Shown: positions 7,299 to 16,368, counted from the first letter of the stretch. The stretch: DNA of 40,695 nt from a virus (IMGVR_UViG_3300002301_000003:1-40695); one strand, 5' to 3'. The notes: generated by a model not told the origin, from the sequence alone. Made by a program: numbers and translations.

Positions 7299-9435
7299 AT
7301 CGCTTGTCCTTCCAACCTTGCACAGCCACCGGCAGGCCCTCTGCCCACTCTGGCACGACGGACATCAGCTCCGCCAGCTCCTCTGGTGATCCGAAGCCTT
7401 CGGGAACCTCGCAGATGATTTCGTCGTGCACCGTCAGGACCAAGGTGTACCCTCGGACTTTGAACTCTCGCATCACGACTGCTGGGCCTATCGTACCGTC
7501 GGCTAGCCTCACATCGCTGAGGATGTCGTGCCATCGGCCGTCAGGGTGGAGAGCCTTAAGCTTTTCTTCGAGCCGGAACATGGCCTCTGCCATGAGGTCT
7601 CTCGCTATCCCTTGCACAACATTCTCCCATTGCAGGCCGCCCCACAGGCTGTTCTTCTTCCACTGCTTCGTAGTCGAGTTCATACCGTAGAAGGCGACGC
7701 GCGCTTTAATCTGGCCCGTCGCCCAGCATTCGGTGCAGTCCTCCAGCAAGCCCTCGTCATGCTCGATGGCGCCGTGGCCGTCGCAGGCTTTGCAGGTGCC
7801 GCTTTCGATGAAGGGCGCGACATAAGCCAGTGGCCTGCCGCTCGGCAGCCTGCACCACAAGATGTTGCGCGCCACCAGATAGGTGATCTTGCCGTCGAGG
7901 CAAGGAACCTTCATGCCGGGGTGACGGACGGCAGTGAGCGCAGCATCCTGTAGCTCGTACCAACCGGACTTAGTGGCGGGGTGCGCCTCACGCCATGCGT
8001 GCTTAACCGCGTCAGCGTGTTCGTCGGTGGCCGAGATGCCAAACTTGGCGCCCATCTTGTGGTAAGCGTTGACACCGCCTCCGAAAGCGAAAGCCAAGTC
8101 CATCGTCTTGCCTTCGGTGTTGCGCTGCTCCTTGGTCACGTCCTCGACCGGGATGCCGTAGGCGCGGGCGTAGGTCACTTTGTAGAGATCAGGCCCTTCG
8201 CCCGCGTCGAAGGCGTAGAACGCTGCCGTCTTCCAATGCTCGCCCGCCAGCCACGCGCTGACCCGGCCTTCGATGTTCGCATAGTCCCCGCCGATCAGGA
8301 CGTGTCCCGGCGCAGCGATCACCATCGAGCGAAGCGCCTTCGACAAAACGTCAAGCGGGTTGTCGAAGTTCAGCCTGCACAGATCGAAAGCCGTGTCTGC
8401 GTCGTTATGATATAGTATATCATGCAGCTCCCCGACCAGAGGCGCAGCGTCGAGTATCTTGGGGAGGTTCTGCGGTTGCCACAGCCGCCCCGCCCAGCGC
8501 CCCGTGCTGGCGCCGTGGAAGTTCAGCGTGCCGCGCGAGCGGCCATCGCGACAGACGGCGCGCAGCATCGCCTTGTACTTGGCGACAGAAGACTTCGCGC
8601 TGGCGGTGCGCAGTTCGATCACCTTGCGCGCCAGCGGATCGTCGAACAGGTCCGTGCGGACCAGAAGCTCTTCGGTCTCGCCCTTGCCGATGCTACCAGC
8701 GGGGATGCCGCGCGCGTTCAGCCAGGCGGCGATACGGGCCGTCTGAGTGGTGCGCTCGACGGCACCGTCTGTCAGGTCGAAAATCTCTGCCGACGCGCTG
8801 AGGGCCGCGCGTTCTGCCACGGCGAGGGCCTTCTCGATCAGGCCCACGTCGAGCATGACGCCGCGCGCGTTGATCTTCTGGTCGAGCACCCAGAGGCGCT
8901 TCTCCGAGGGCGAGAGCTGAGGCACCGCAGCGTCTATCGCGCACTCGGACATAACGTCCTGCGCGCAGTATTCAGACAGGCGCGCAAGCTGCTCTGGCGT
9001 CTCGTGCCACGTCAGAGGTTCCTGTGTCTTGGGCTTGCACATCCGCATCATCAAGCGGTGTCCCTCGACGTCCTTCTGGATGTTGAGGTTCAGGGCCTTG
9101 CCCGCCTGCTCAAGAGACTGCGGCAGGGACAGCGACGCGCAGCGCGCCATTGTGCAGTCGGTCTGCTCGATGGTGATCTCGGGGCAGTACGGGCCCGCTA
9201 GGCACCTGTTCCAGCCCTCGCGGTCGAAGGCAATGTTGTGGCCGGCGACGATGCCCCCGGCGGCGATGTGCTTAACGAGGCCGGAAAGGTCGTGTTGATC
9301 CCCCACCGGCCCGTCACCGATCCTCCACCGCACGACGAGGACTTCCGTCTCCGGGTCCTCGAAGTAGCGGTAAAGCCCTGCGGTTTTCAGGTCGCAGGTC
9401 GAGCGCGTTTCGATGTCAAGGTGCGCGACGGTCAT
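7288..9435 (-). CDS. Family A DNA polymerase with 3'-5' exonuclease
   Basis: Exonuclease motifs LDIET, HNIAFD, YCAQDV; STGRWAG/QPQNLP; motif A DYANIEGR; motif C TVHDE. Confidence 0.95.
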   Translation of the reverse strand: MTVAHLDIETRSTCDLKTAGLYRYFEDPETEVLVVRWRIGDGPVGDQHDLSGLVKHIAAGGIVAGHNIAFDREGWNRCLAGPYCPEITIEQTDCTMARCASLSLPQSLEQAGKALNLNIQKDVEGHRLMMRMCKPKTQEPLTWHETPEQLARLSEYCAQDVMSECAIDAAVPQLSPSEKRLWVLDQKINARGVMLDVGLIEKALAVAERAALSASAEIFDLTDGAVERTTQTARIAAWLNARGIPAGSIGKGETEELLVRTDLFDDPLARKVIELRTASAKSSVAKYKAMLRAVCRDGRSRGTLNFHGASTGRWAGRLWQPQNLPKILDAAPLVGELHDILYHNDADTAFDLCRLNFDNPLDVLSKALRSMVIAAPGHVLIGGDYANIEGRVSAWLAGEHWKTAAFYAFDAGEGPDLYKVTYARAYGIPVEDVTKEQRNTEGKTMDLAFAFGGGVNAYHKMGAKFGISATDEHADAVKHAWREAHPATKSGWYELQDAALTAVRHPGMKVPCLDGKITYLVARNILWCRLPSGRPLAYVAPFIESGTCKACDGHGAIEHDEGLLEDCTECWATGQIKARVAFYGMNSTTKQWKKNSLWGGLQWENVVQGIARDLMAEAMFRLEEKLKALHPDGRWHDILSDVRLADGTIGPAVVMREFKVRGYTLVLTVHDEIICEVPEGFGSPEELAELMSVVPEWAEGLPVAVQGWKDKRYVK

Positions 9436-9575
9436 TTCCGCAACTCGAATCCCGCGAGCTTGATCCGGTCGAGGAGCACGCCCTCGTCCACTCCGGCGAG
9501 CAGACGCACCTCTAGATCAGGATGGTTTCTAGCATCAGCCACCATCTTCTCGATGGCCAGTTCTTCCTTTGTCAT
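9432..9575 (-). CDS. Small hypothetical protein (47 aa)
   Basis: GGAGG RBS before ATG 9575; stop overlaps the polymerase ATG. Confidence 0.65.
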   Translation of the reverse strand: MTKEELAIEKMVADARNHPDLEVRLLAGVDEGVLLDRIKLAGFELRK

Positions 9576-9594
9576 GTCTGCCTCCACGGAATAA

Positions 9595-9621
9595 GCCCCG
9601 CCAGCCCGAAGCTGGCGGGGC
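9595..9621 (-). terminator. Hairpin after SSB gene; weak terminator or mRNA stabiliser
   Basis: GCCCCGCCAGC-TTCGG-GCTGGCGGGGC followed by TTATT on the - strand. Confidence 0.6.
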
Positions 9622-9627
9622 AGTTGA

Positions 9628-10311
9628 TCAATCGAACAGCCCAGTGGTGTCCACGTCGCCAGCGTCGATGCTGACACCCGCAAACGTCTTGCTCGGGTCC
9701 GAGGTCGGAGCGCCGTCAAGGCGCTGGTCATCAGCGACGATCATGGCCATGTTCAGGCCCCATGTGACGCCCTTGTTGGTGTCGCCCGCGTAGGCGTAGC
9801 AGTTGATGTTGGCGATCATCCACACACCGGGGTAGACCAACTCGGGGTCGGTGATGAGCTGGTTCTTGGTGTCCACGACAACGGGTTTCTTCTCGCCGTT
9901 GCGCCCGCCCGGCCCATTGGACCCGGTGCTGACCCGCAGGAAAGTCTGCCCCTCGTGGAACCCGTCGTATTTCAGGCTCTCTGCGCCGTCCAAGAACGGG
10001 GACTTGACCTTCGTCACCTTCCGCTTGTCATAGCCGGCGCGGTCCGGGTCATTCTCCGGCCACTTGGCGTACTCGACCCGCTTGGCCTCCGCCTCCAGCA
10101 CCGACAGGTCAGCGCCCTTGGGGAAGATCAGCGTGGTGCTATACACCCCGTCAGGCCGGTCCTTGCTCGGCTTGGTCTTGCCCAGCAAGTAGACGAAAGA
10201 CCCGCGCACCGGGCAGGTACGGAAGGTGCCGTCGCCCATGTCCTTGCAGGGGTTGCGCGTCACCGCGTTCTTGATCCACTCGTCGCTCATTTTTGAAAAG
10301 TCGTCCATCAT
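9628..10311 (-). CDS. Single-stranded DNA-binding protein (DUF2815/Enc34-like)
   Basis: PVRGSF, YSTTLIFPK, VYPGVW, NKGVTWGLN; acidic aromatic tail DVDTTGLFD; between exonuclease and polymerase. Confidence 0.85.
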   Translation of the reverse strand: MMDDFSKMSDEWIKNAVTRNPCKDMGDGTFRTCPVRGSFVYLLGKTKPSKDRPDGVYSTTLIFPKGADLSVLEAEAKRVEYAKWPENDPDRAGYDKRKVTKVKSPFLDGAESLKYDGFHEGQTFLRVSTGSNGPGGRNGEKKPVVVDTKNQLITDPELVYPGVWMIANINCYAYAGDTNKGVTWGLNMAMIVADDQRLDGAPTSDPSKTFAGVSIDAGDVDTTGLFD

Positions 10312-10318
10312 GGTCCGT

Positions 10319-11584
10319 TTAGTCCTCTGGTGATCCGAGCTGCACGTCCCCGAAGGACGCGGCGACCGGCGAAATTGCCGCCCGGCGGTCGCTCTCCGGG
10401 GCTGTCACCAGCCCCTTCGATTCTTTGATGGTGAAGCGCAGGATCATATCCCGCTCGGCCTCTGCGTACTCACCCTTTCCGACGTAGGTCTTCAAGAGCT
10501 TCTTCGCTTCGGTGATGGTGACGAGGCTCTTGGGCCTCAGCTCGTCCTCTGGCACGCCGTGCACCAGTTCGAGATACTCAGCGATTTGCTCTTCACCTTC
10601 GGTCCAGTGCGCCCGCCCGATGGCCTGAACCACCTTCCAGCCGGTTATCGTGCCCCCGGCCAGCAGGTGCTCGTCCATCGCCTTGCGCATGTCGCCAATC
10701 TGAGAACCGAGCCGGTCATACGCCGCGACAATCGCCGCAATGTGCTCGAAGTCGAGCGTGCTGACTTCGAGCGCTGCGACAACCGGCTCGATCCCGATCA
10801 GATCGACGCCGGCGAAGTCCTCACGCACCGCCTTGACGAACTCCTGTTCGCGGGCTGTGCAGATCGTGCTGGCTGGGCACCAGCGGCAATGTTCGCCAGC
10901 GATGAGCGGCGCGTCGGGCTGCTTGCAGGCGGTGATAGCCTCGTTCAGCTCATATGGGAACTCGATGACCTCGGCCATTGGCAGCGACCAGCGCTTGACG
11001 CCATCACCGCTGGCCGAGAAGGCGCGCGGCTGGACGATAACCAACTCGACCTCGCGCACATCCCATTCTGGGTGGCTCTGCCAGCCGCCCATCGCGTAGA
11101 ACTTGAGCTGCTTGCTGTCCTCGACATCGACAGCCACGCCGGCCCCGTGCTTGTAGTCGAAGTTCGTGATCTTCTTGGCCTTGGGAGAGTAGATAAGGCA
11201 GTCCGTCGAGCCGTGGACCTCCCCCGGCTCTGCGGCTTCCACGTCCAGAGTGAAGCTCTCCTCGACGTACATCTCGCTGTCCGGGTCGAGGTCGAACTCA
11301 TCCCACACCGCATCAAGGTATACGTCCACGGCCTTGCTGACTTCCTCGGTGATCACGACTTCCTTGCTGATGCCGTGATCGAGGTAGTGGAGCGTCTTGC
11401 CGATGGCCGCGACAGTCGAGCGAGCGCCGGTCGTCAGCGCCTCTGCCGCAACAGCGTGCGCGAAGGTTCCTTCCTCCGCATAGGGGCTTGGCTTCTCAGG
11501 GGGCGCCCGCCCTGAGAGCGCAATGCTCCCAGGGCAGGCCATGTAACGGCTCGCTGACGAGCCACCATAGGCTGAGTGTTTCAC
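10319..11584 (-). CDS. DUF2800 / Cas4-like PD-(D/E)xK exonuclease
   Basis: HSAYGGSSASRYMACPGS, EGTFAH, GSTD, DYKHG, QLKFYA, HCRWCPASTIC. Confidence 0.88.
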   Translation of the reverse strand: MKHSAYGGSSASRYMACPGSIALSGRAPPEKPSPYAEEGTFAHAVAAEALTTGARSTVAAIGKTLHYLDHGISKEVVITEEVSKAVDVYLDAVWDEFDLDPDSEMYVEESFTLDVEAAEPGEVHGSTDCLIYSPKAKKITNFDYKHGAGVAVDVEDSKQLKFYAMGGWQSHPEWDVREVELVIVQPRAFSASGDGVKRWSLPMAEVIEFPYELNEAITACKQPDAPLIAGEHCRWCPASTICTAREQEFVKAVREDFAGVDLIGIEPVVAALEVSTLDFEHIAAIVAAYDRLGSQIGDMRKAMDEHLLAGGTITGWKVVQAIGRAHWTEGEEQIAEYLELVHGVPEDELRPKSLVTITEAKKLLKTYVGKGEYAEAERDMILRFTIKESKGLVTAPESDRRAAISPVAASFGDVQLGSPED

Positions 11585-12105
11585 TTCAACGCCTCCAAGG
11601 CTGCGTATGCGGCGTCGAAGTCAGCAGGGTCGAGAGCGCCGAAAGCCTTGACCTTGAACTGCTCCAGCAGAAGAGCCTGAACCGGACCTGCACCTAGGGC
11701 ACTCACCAACTTGTTCCCAAGCGCCTTCACGTCGGCCAAGGTCTTGCTGACGAGCATCGGGTGTTCGTCATCAGAAGGGGATGTCGTCACAGAACTCGCA
11801 CTCGTACCGCTTTCCGCCGGGCCATTGTTTTCGGTGTGTGCCGGCTCCGCAGCTCCAGCACCAGCCAAGGGTTTCTTGGCGCGCGTCTTCGTCGCCGGCG
11901 GGTCTAAAGGGGTTTCTGCTTCGGCGGCAGTCGACCCCCTCGGCGCCGGTTCCAAGGGAAGCGTCACCTCGGCAACGTCGGTGACAACCACCTTGTCGCC
12001 CCACTCCTGTGATGCGCGCGCGGGGGCAGCGCCGGGGTGGAACCGCGCGAGCAGGCCGTCGAACTCCTCGACGTTTTCGGCGGTGATCTTCAATTCGATA
12101 GGCAT
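11581..12105 (-). CDS. Hypothetical protein with low-complexity linker and small helical C-terminal domain
   Basis: GGAGG RBS; stop overlaps the exonuclease start. Confidence 0.75.
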   Translation of the reverse strand: MPIELKITAENVEEFDGLLARFHPGAAPARASQEWGDKVVVTDVAEVTLPLEPAPRGSTAAEAETPLDPPATKTRAKKPLAGAGAAEPAHTENNGPAESGTSASSVTTSPSDDEHPMLVSKTLADVKALGNKLVSALGAGPVQALLLEQFKVKAFGALDPADFDAAYAALEALK

Positions 12106-12120
12106 CTTACTTCCTCCATT

Positions 12121-13455
12121 TTACAGTTCAGAACCCTGAACTTCGGTGATCGCGCGCGTCTTACGCGCGACAGACTTGCTCACCTCCTCGTCAATCGACT
12201 TGGCGAGGGAGATGAACCTGACATGGGTGTGCTGCGTCTGGCCGATGCGGTGGACGCGCTTCAACGCCTGTGCGTTGTTCGCCGGCGTCCAGTCTGACTC
12301 CAGCATCACCAGTTGAGAGGCTGCCGTCAGCGTCAGGCCAGTGCCCGCCGCGACGACGTTGCCAATGAACACCTTGACCTTGGGGTTGCTCTGAAAAGCC
12401 TCGACGGCATGGACCCGCGCGCTGTCGCTGACCGAGCCGTCGATCTTGACGTACCCGACCTTGTGATGGGTGAGGACTTCGCAGAGGATTTCGACGGGCC
12501 GTTTATGGCAACAGAACACCACGATCTTCTCCAGCCCGCCGTCGATCTCGTCGATAAGCTGCTTGGCGAACACAGGTGCCTTGGCCTCGCCGACGAGGCG
12601 GCGCAGCGTCGTGATGTGGCCGGTGGTCTCATCGAGCTTGTTGATCCCGCCCTTCTCAACCGCGTCTCTTATCGCGCGGTCGAGGCCGGGGTGAGCGGAT
12701 AGCATGGCGTTGATCTCGGCGGTGCTGCCTTCGATCTCCTGTGTGGTTATCCACAGCGGCGGGAGTTGAAGGCCAACTTCGTCGGTGGTGCGCCTGATCG
12801 AATACTTTGCGAGGATCGCGCGCAGCTCTGGCAGCGTGTCACGGCGCGGCTTGTAGCTGGTGTTGAAACCTCCGGTACTGCCAATAAAGTAGCGCGTGCA
12901 GAAGTTCTTGAAAGACAGCTTCGTGCCGCCGCAGTAGCGCAGGAAGGTCCAGATGTCCGACGGGTCATTGGCCATCGGCGAGCCGCTCAGGAACCAAGTG
13001 TGTGCGCTGTATCGCGCGTACCCATGAGCGCCAGAAGCGTCAGAACCAAGCGCCCTGCGGGTCCGGTTAGAACTGATTTTGCGGATGAGGTGCTCCTCAT
13101 CAAATATCGTGAAGTCGCGCAGGTCGCGCTGGAGTTCATTGTGCCACTTGCTGGCTCCCTCGTAGCTCATCACCAGCACGTCAACGCGCTCGCGCAGCCA
13201 CAGGTTGAGGTCTTGGTCGGTGAGGCCCTTAAGCACGCGGCGCGGGGTTCTGCTCCACTTGCGGAACTCGCCAGGCCAGACGTTGCGCACGCTGGCAGGG
13301 CAGACGATGATGCCGCGCGTCAGTCCGCAGTTGTCGAGCGCCCTGATCGCCTGCGCCGTCTTGCCGAGACCCATAGCGTCGAACAGCCCGGCGCGCTCTC
13401 GCTGGCCGAGAAAGTCAGCGCCTTCGATCTGATAAGGGAAGAGAGGATCGGTCAT
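12121..13455 (-). CDS. SNF2-like superfamily 2 helicase
   Basis: LFPYQ, MGLGKT, IFDEEH, LSGSP, GTGLTLT, QALKRVHRIGQ. Confidence 0.92.
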   Translation of the reverse strand: MTDPLFPYQIEGADFLGQRERAGLFDAMGLGKTAQAIRALDNCGLTRGIIVCPASVRNVWPGEFRKWSRTPRRVLKGLTDQDLNLWLRERVDVLVMSYEGASKWHNELQRDLRDFTIFDEEHLIRKISSNRTRRALGSDASGAHGYARYSAHTWFLSGSPMANDPSDIWTFLRYCGGTKLSFKNFCTRYFIGSTGGFNTSYKPRRDTLPELRAILAKYSIRRTTDEVGLQLPPLWITTQEIEGSTAEINAMLSAHPGLDRAIRDAVEKGGINKLDETTGHITTLRRLVGEAKAPVFAKQLIDEIDGGLEKIVVFCCHKRPVEILCEVLTHHKVGYVKIDGSVSDSARVHAVEAFQSNPKVKVFIGNVVAAGTGLTLTAASQLVMLESDWTPANNAQALKRVHRIGQTQHTHVRFISLAKSIDEEVSKSVARKTRAITEVQGSEL

Positions 13456-14093
13456 TGCGAGGCCACTACTGCATCGACGAGCCAGTCAGCCACGCCGGGG
13501 TATGTCTCAGCGCGCTTGGCGCTGCGGTCGGGTGAGGGCCCTAGGCGGTTCTGCCCGCTGTCTGTCTGGTTGCCCCAACGCTCCACAACCTTGCCGTTGC
13601 GGGGATCGGTCACGAGTCGGCCTGGCAGGCGCTTGGCCGGGTATATCGGTCCGGGCTTGATGCCGCGAAACCAGAACCATGTCTCTTTGCTGGCGTCGTC
13701 GCCGAAGTGATACGGCTGGACTGCGAGGCGGTAGTCATAGCCGGCGATGGCCTTCCCGAGCTTCCCCCGGCTGTTCTCCAGTATGACGCGCGGTATGGGA
13801 GCGCCCCAAAGCTCCAAGGCAAAGGCGAGGGCTTCGGTCGTCTTGGCGTCACGCCACTCATACCTTGGGCGGGTGTTCCAGTGCAGCCCAGAGGCGCAGA
13901 GAAACCGGCACTCTGGATGCGCGATCATGGCGTCCCACACACCGCCGAACGCTACGCGCAGCGCGTCCTCTTGTATATGGTGTATCGAGCCGTCTTGCGC
14001 GGGCTCAAGGTCGCACGACCAAGCGTCCAAACCCGCAGCCCTCAACGCGCGCCGCACGACGCCGCTCTTCTCACATGCGACCAGAACTCTCAT
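13452..14093 (-). CDS. Short phage DNA cytosine methyltransferase-like protein
   Basis: RVLVACEKSG, WSCDL, AHPEC (motif IV Cys), LENS, QPYHFG, RAETYPGVA. Confidence 0.7.
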   Translation of the reverse strand: MRVLVACEKSGVVRRALRAAGLDAWSCDLEPAQDGSIHHIQEDALRVAFGGVWDAMIAHPECRFLCASGLHWNTRPRYEWRDAKTTEALAFALELWGAPIPRVILENSRGKLGKAIAGYDYRLAVQPYHFGDDASKETWFWFRGIKPGPIYPAKRLPGRLVTDPRNGKVVERWGNQTDSGQNRLGPSPDRSAKRAETYPGVADWLVDAVVASQ

Positions 14094-14479
14094 CTCGCCT
14101 GCTCGCCCATCACGTCGAGGATGCGGCGCCAGAGCTGCGAGGCGCGCTGCGGGCTTATGCCCATGCGCCTCGCAGCTTCTGTCAGTGTGCAGCCTTCGGA
14201 GACGTGGCCGGACAGCGTATAGAGGCTCTTCACTCCGTCCTTGCGGATGTGGGCCGAGGTGCTGTCGCCAGTCGCGACGATCATAACCCTGCGCGACGAG
14301 CGTGTGCGCTCGACGATTATCAGGCCCCGCGCTTCGAGGCGTTCGACAATATCAGAGGCGGCTCTTGGAGCCGCGAATCCGGGGAGCATCGAGCAGAGGT
14401 CTACATTCGAAGGGCAGGGCCCCCTACTGGCCGCTGCGCGCGTCAAGGCGTCCATCACGATCTGTTCAGCCTCGGTCAC
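14090..14479 (-). CDS. Helix-turn-helix regulator (LexA-like N-terminus plus C-terminal HTH)
   Basis: PCPSNVDL...IVERLEARGLI and TLTEAARRMGISPQRASQLW. Confidence 0.7.
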   Translation of the reverse strand: MTEAEQIVMDALTRAAASRGPCPSNVDLCSMLPGFAAPRAASDIVERLEARGLIIVERTRSSRRVMIVATGDSTSAHIRKDGVKSLYTLSGHVSEGCTLTEAARRMGISPQRASQLWRRILDVMGEQAR

Positions 14480-14955
14480 ACCAAGCCCTCCTTGATTGCG
14501 TAGTGCCCGAGCAGCGCGGCTTCCGCCGCCCCGTCGTCTTTGGCGCGGGCAAAGAAGGTGTTGGCGTGCTGAGGCCAGCGTTCTCGCGCCATCACCAGTG
14601 ATTTCCGCTTGAAGCTGGCGACGCTCTCGCCGTACTCGCGGCGCAGCCCGAGACCACCTTTCCAGTCAACTGGCCGGACCAAGACGGGCTCGACATCAAG
14701 TGCAGCGCAGACCCCGAGCAACTCGCCGTAGGCCCTGCCAAAATTGAACGATGCGGGGCCAGACTGCCCCGGAGCGCCGTTGACCTGCTCGATCACGACG
14801 CGGCGGTGCTTGTATGCGACGAGCCGCTTGCAAAGGGCTCCGGGTGTAGCCGGCATTACGTTGTCCAGCCGGTCGCCAATGAAAAGCGCGATAGCGCCGG
14901 ACTTGCCTGGGTCAATAGCGAGTACCACCTGGGTCAAAACAGCCTCCCGAATCAC
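14476..14955 (-). CDS. RuvC-like Holliday junction resolvase
   Basis: LAIDPGKSGA, VVIEQV, SFNFG, PVDWK, DDGAAEAALL. Confidence 0.85.
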   Translation of the reverse strand: MIREAVLTQVVLAIDPGKSGAIALFIGDRLDNVMPATPGALCKRLVAYKHRRVVIEQVNGAPGQSGPASFNFGRAYGELLGVCAALDVEPVLVRPVDWKGGLGLRREYGESVASFKRKSLVMARERWPQHANTFFARAKDDGAAEAALLGHYAIKEGLV

Positions 14956-15005
14956 TTAGCCTTGTTTGGCACTATTTGGTGCGGTTTATAAATTGGAAAT
15001 TCCGA

Positions 15006-15419
15006 TTAGTTGCCTAACGCTTCTCGCACTACGTCGATTTGTCCGGCCAGTGCGTCGAGCAGTTTGTGCATTCTGGCGCGTTGGTCCTCGGTCAGCCGCT
15101 CAGGGACACGGCCCGCGCCTGTCGCCTGCACAGTGCTTTTAGGCATACCTATAGCCCGCCCAACGCTCTCGTTGGTGATCTTCATCTCAAAGAGCGCAGA
15201 GAGGGCGCCAAAGCTGGCGCGCTCGTCGCGGATCACCCACGCGGCCCTTTTGCGCACGGCCTTAACCCAAGCCGCGTCGCTGGTGTCATAGCCTTCGAGA
15301 TCGAGGATCAACTCGATTCCCGCGAGGTCTTGTTCTTTTGAGCGGTGGCTGCCGGGGATGCACTTGGCGACACGCTCGATCAGCGCGGCGGGCAGGTCTT
15401 GGGGGTCTGGATTTTTCAT
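15006..15419 (-). CDS. Hypothetical protein with possible HTH
   Basis: AGGAG RBS before ATG 15419; TNESVGRAIGMPKSTVQ resembles an HTH. Confidence 0.65.
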   Translation of the reverse strand: MKNPDPQDLPAALIERVAKCIPGSHRSKEQDLAGIELILDLEGYDTSDAAWVKAVRKRAAWVIRDERASFGALSALFEMKITNESVGRAIGMPKSTVQATGAGRVPERLTEDQRARMHKLLDALAGQIDVVREALGN

Positions 15420-15427
15420 GTATTCTC

Positions 15428-15586
15428 CTATTCGCAGTTCTGGCGGATGAAAGCCCGCCGGCATTCAATGTGCTTACGCTCGACGCCATGTCGGCCCTCG
15501 AACTTGCGTTCGATGAGGTCCCAGAGGCCAAAGCCCCGCCCGCTTTCGATCACGCGGTAACGCTGGTCAAATTCTTCTTTGGTCAC
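15428..15586 (-). CDS. Small hypothetical protein (52 aa; not in ORF track)
   Basis: AGGAG RBS, GTG start, MTKEEFDQRYRVIESGRGFGLWDL...RQNCE. Confidence 0.65.
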   Translation of the reverse strand: MTKEEFDQRYRVIESGRGFGLWDLIERKFEGRHGVERKHIECRRAFIRQNCE

Positions 15587-15595
15587 GACGATCTC

Positions 15596-15652
15596 CTAAT
15601 GCCAATGCGCCCCCGGCAACCGGCTTCGGCTCCGGGGGCGGTAAGGCATCAG
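15596..15652 (-). promoter_or_regulatory. Intergenic long hairpin 1 (putative RNA processing site)
   Basis: CTGATGCC-ttac-CGCCCCCGG...CCGGGGGCG-catt-GGCATTAG; shares a 37-bp repeat (34/37) with 16378-16414. Confidence 0.65.
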
Positions 15653-16251
15653 GGCTTCGCAGGGGCTTGCAGGAACCTTTCGCGGACGTACTCGCCAGAG
15701 CCTTTCCGAACAGGCATGACTACCCCCAAGCAGTCAGTGCGCCCATCGAACATGAAAGCGCAAGGCCCCGTCGCGTCCTGCCACACCTCGAAAGCATTGA
15801 CGCTGTTCTTACCCTTGCCTGCAATCAGGACGGCCATTTTGCCCATGGTGGCGTAGTGGGTGGGGTCGAACTTGGCTGGCGTTTCCTCGGCTGGGCCCGA
15901 AGGTATGACCCTCGTCCAGTCTGGGAAGGTGCCGTCAACCGGCGTGAACCAGGTTTCATTGGCGCCGCGCGCCAAGCCCCAGCGCTCGCCGTCCACGCTT
16001 GGTTCGCTCACGTAGTAATCGACGCCCTTCCCCTTGACCACCAAGTCCAGCGCCGCGCGCGGGATGATAATGGGCTCTTTGAGGACCACAAGGTATTCCA
16101 CCACGGCGGCGAACATAATGTGGCCATTGGTGGCCACTACATAGCCGGCGGGGTCTAAAAACACGCCGTTCAGGTAGTAGCGCGTTTCATCTGGGGACAC
16201 GGCTAGGCGCGCGCAGTCCATAAACGCGGCGGGAATAACAAATTCGGTCAT
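15649..16251 (-). CDS. DNA polymerase III beta-clamp-like protein (short, 200 aa)
   Basis: DETRYYLNGVFL, VATNGH, IIIPR, VDGTFPDWTRVIP, GVVMPVR match DnaN motifs. Confidence 0.8.
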   Translation of the reverse strand: MTEFVIPAAFMDCARLAVSPDETRYYLNGVFLDPAGYVVATNGHIMFAAVVEYLVVLKEPIIIPRAALDLVVKGKGVDYYVSEPSVDGERWGLARGANETWFTPVDGTFPDWTRVIPSGPAEETPAKFDPTHYATMGKMAVLIAGKGKNSVNAFEVWQDATGPCAFMFDGRTDCLGVVMPVRKGSGEYVRERFLQAPAKP

Positions 16252-16263
16252 TGTTTGATCTTT

Positions 16264-16338
16264 CTAGTCTGGCTGCCCTCATCAGCGCCAACCTGCCAAG
16301 GTTGACGGACGCCTCACGGCGTTTCGGCTTTAATCTAG
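16264..16338 (-). ncRNA. Type II hammerhead ribozyme
   Basis: GCC-GAAA-CGCC(GTGA)GGCG-TC^-CGTCAACCT(TGGC)AGGTTGGCG-CTGATGA-GGGC-AGCCAGA; predicted cleavage between 16308 and 16307. Confidence 0.85.
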
Positions 16339-16368
16339 GCACAGAAGGCCGTCATCACCGACATAAAG

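Noticed and set aside
10319-11584. CRISPR-associated Cas4
   Set aside because: No array or other cas genes; it sits in a standard exonuclease-SSB-polymerase module.
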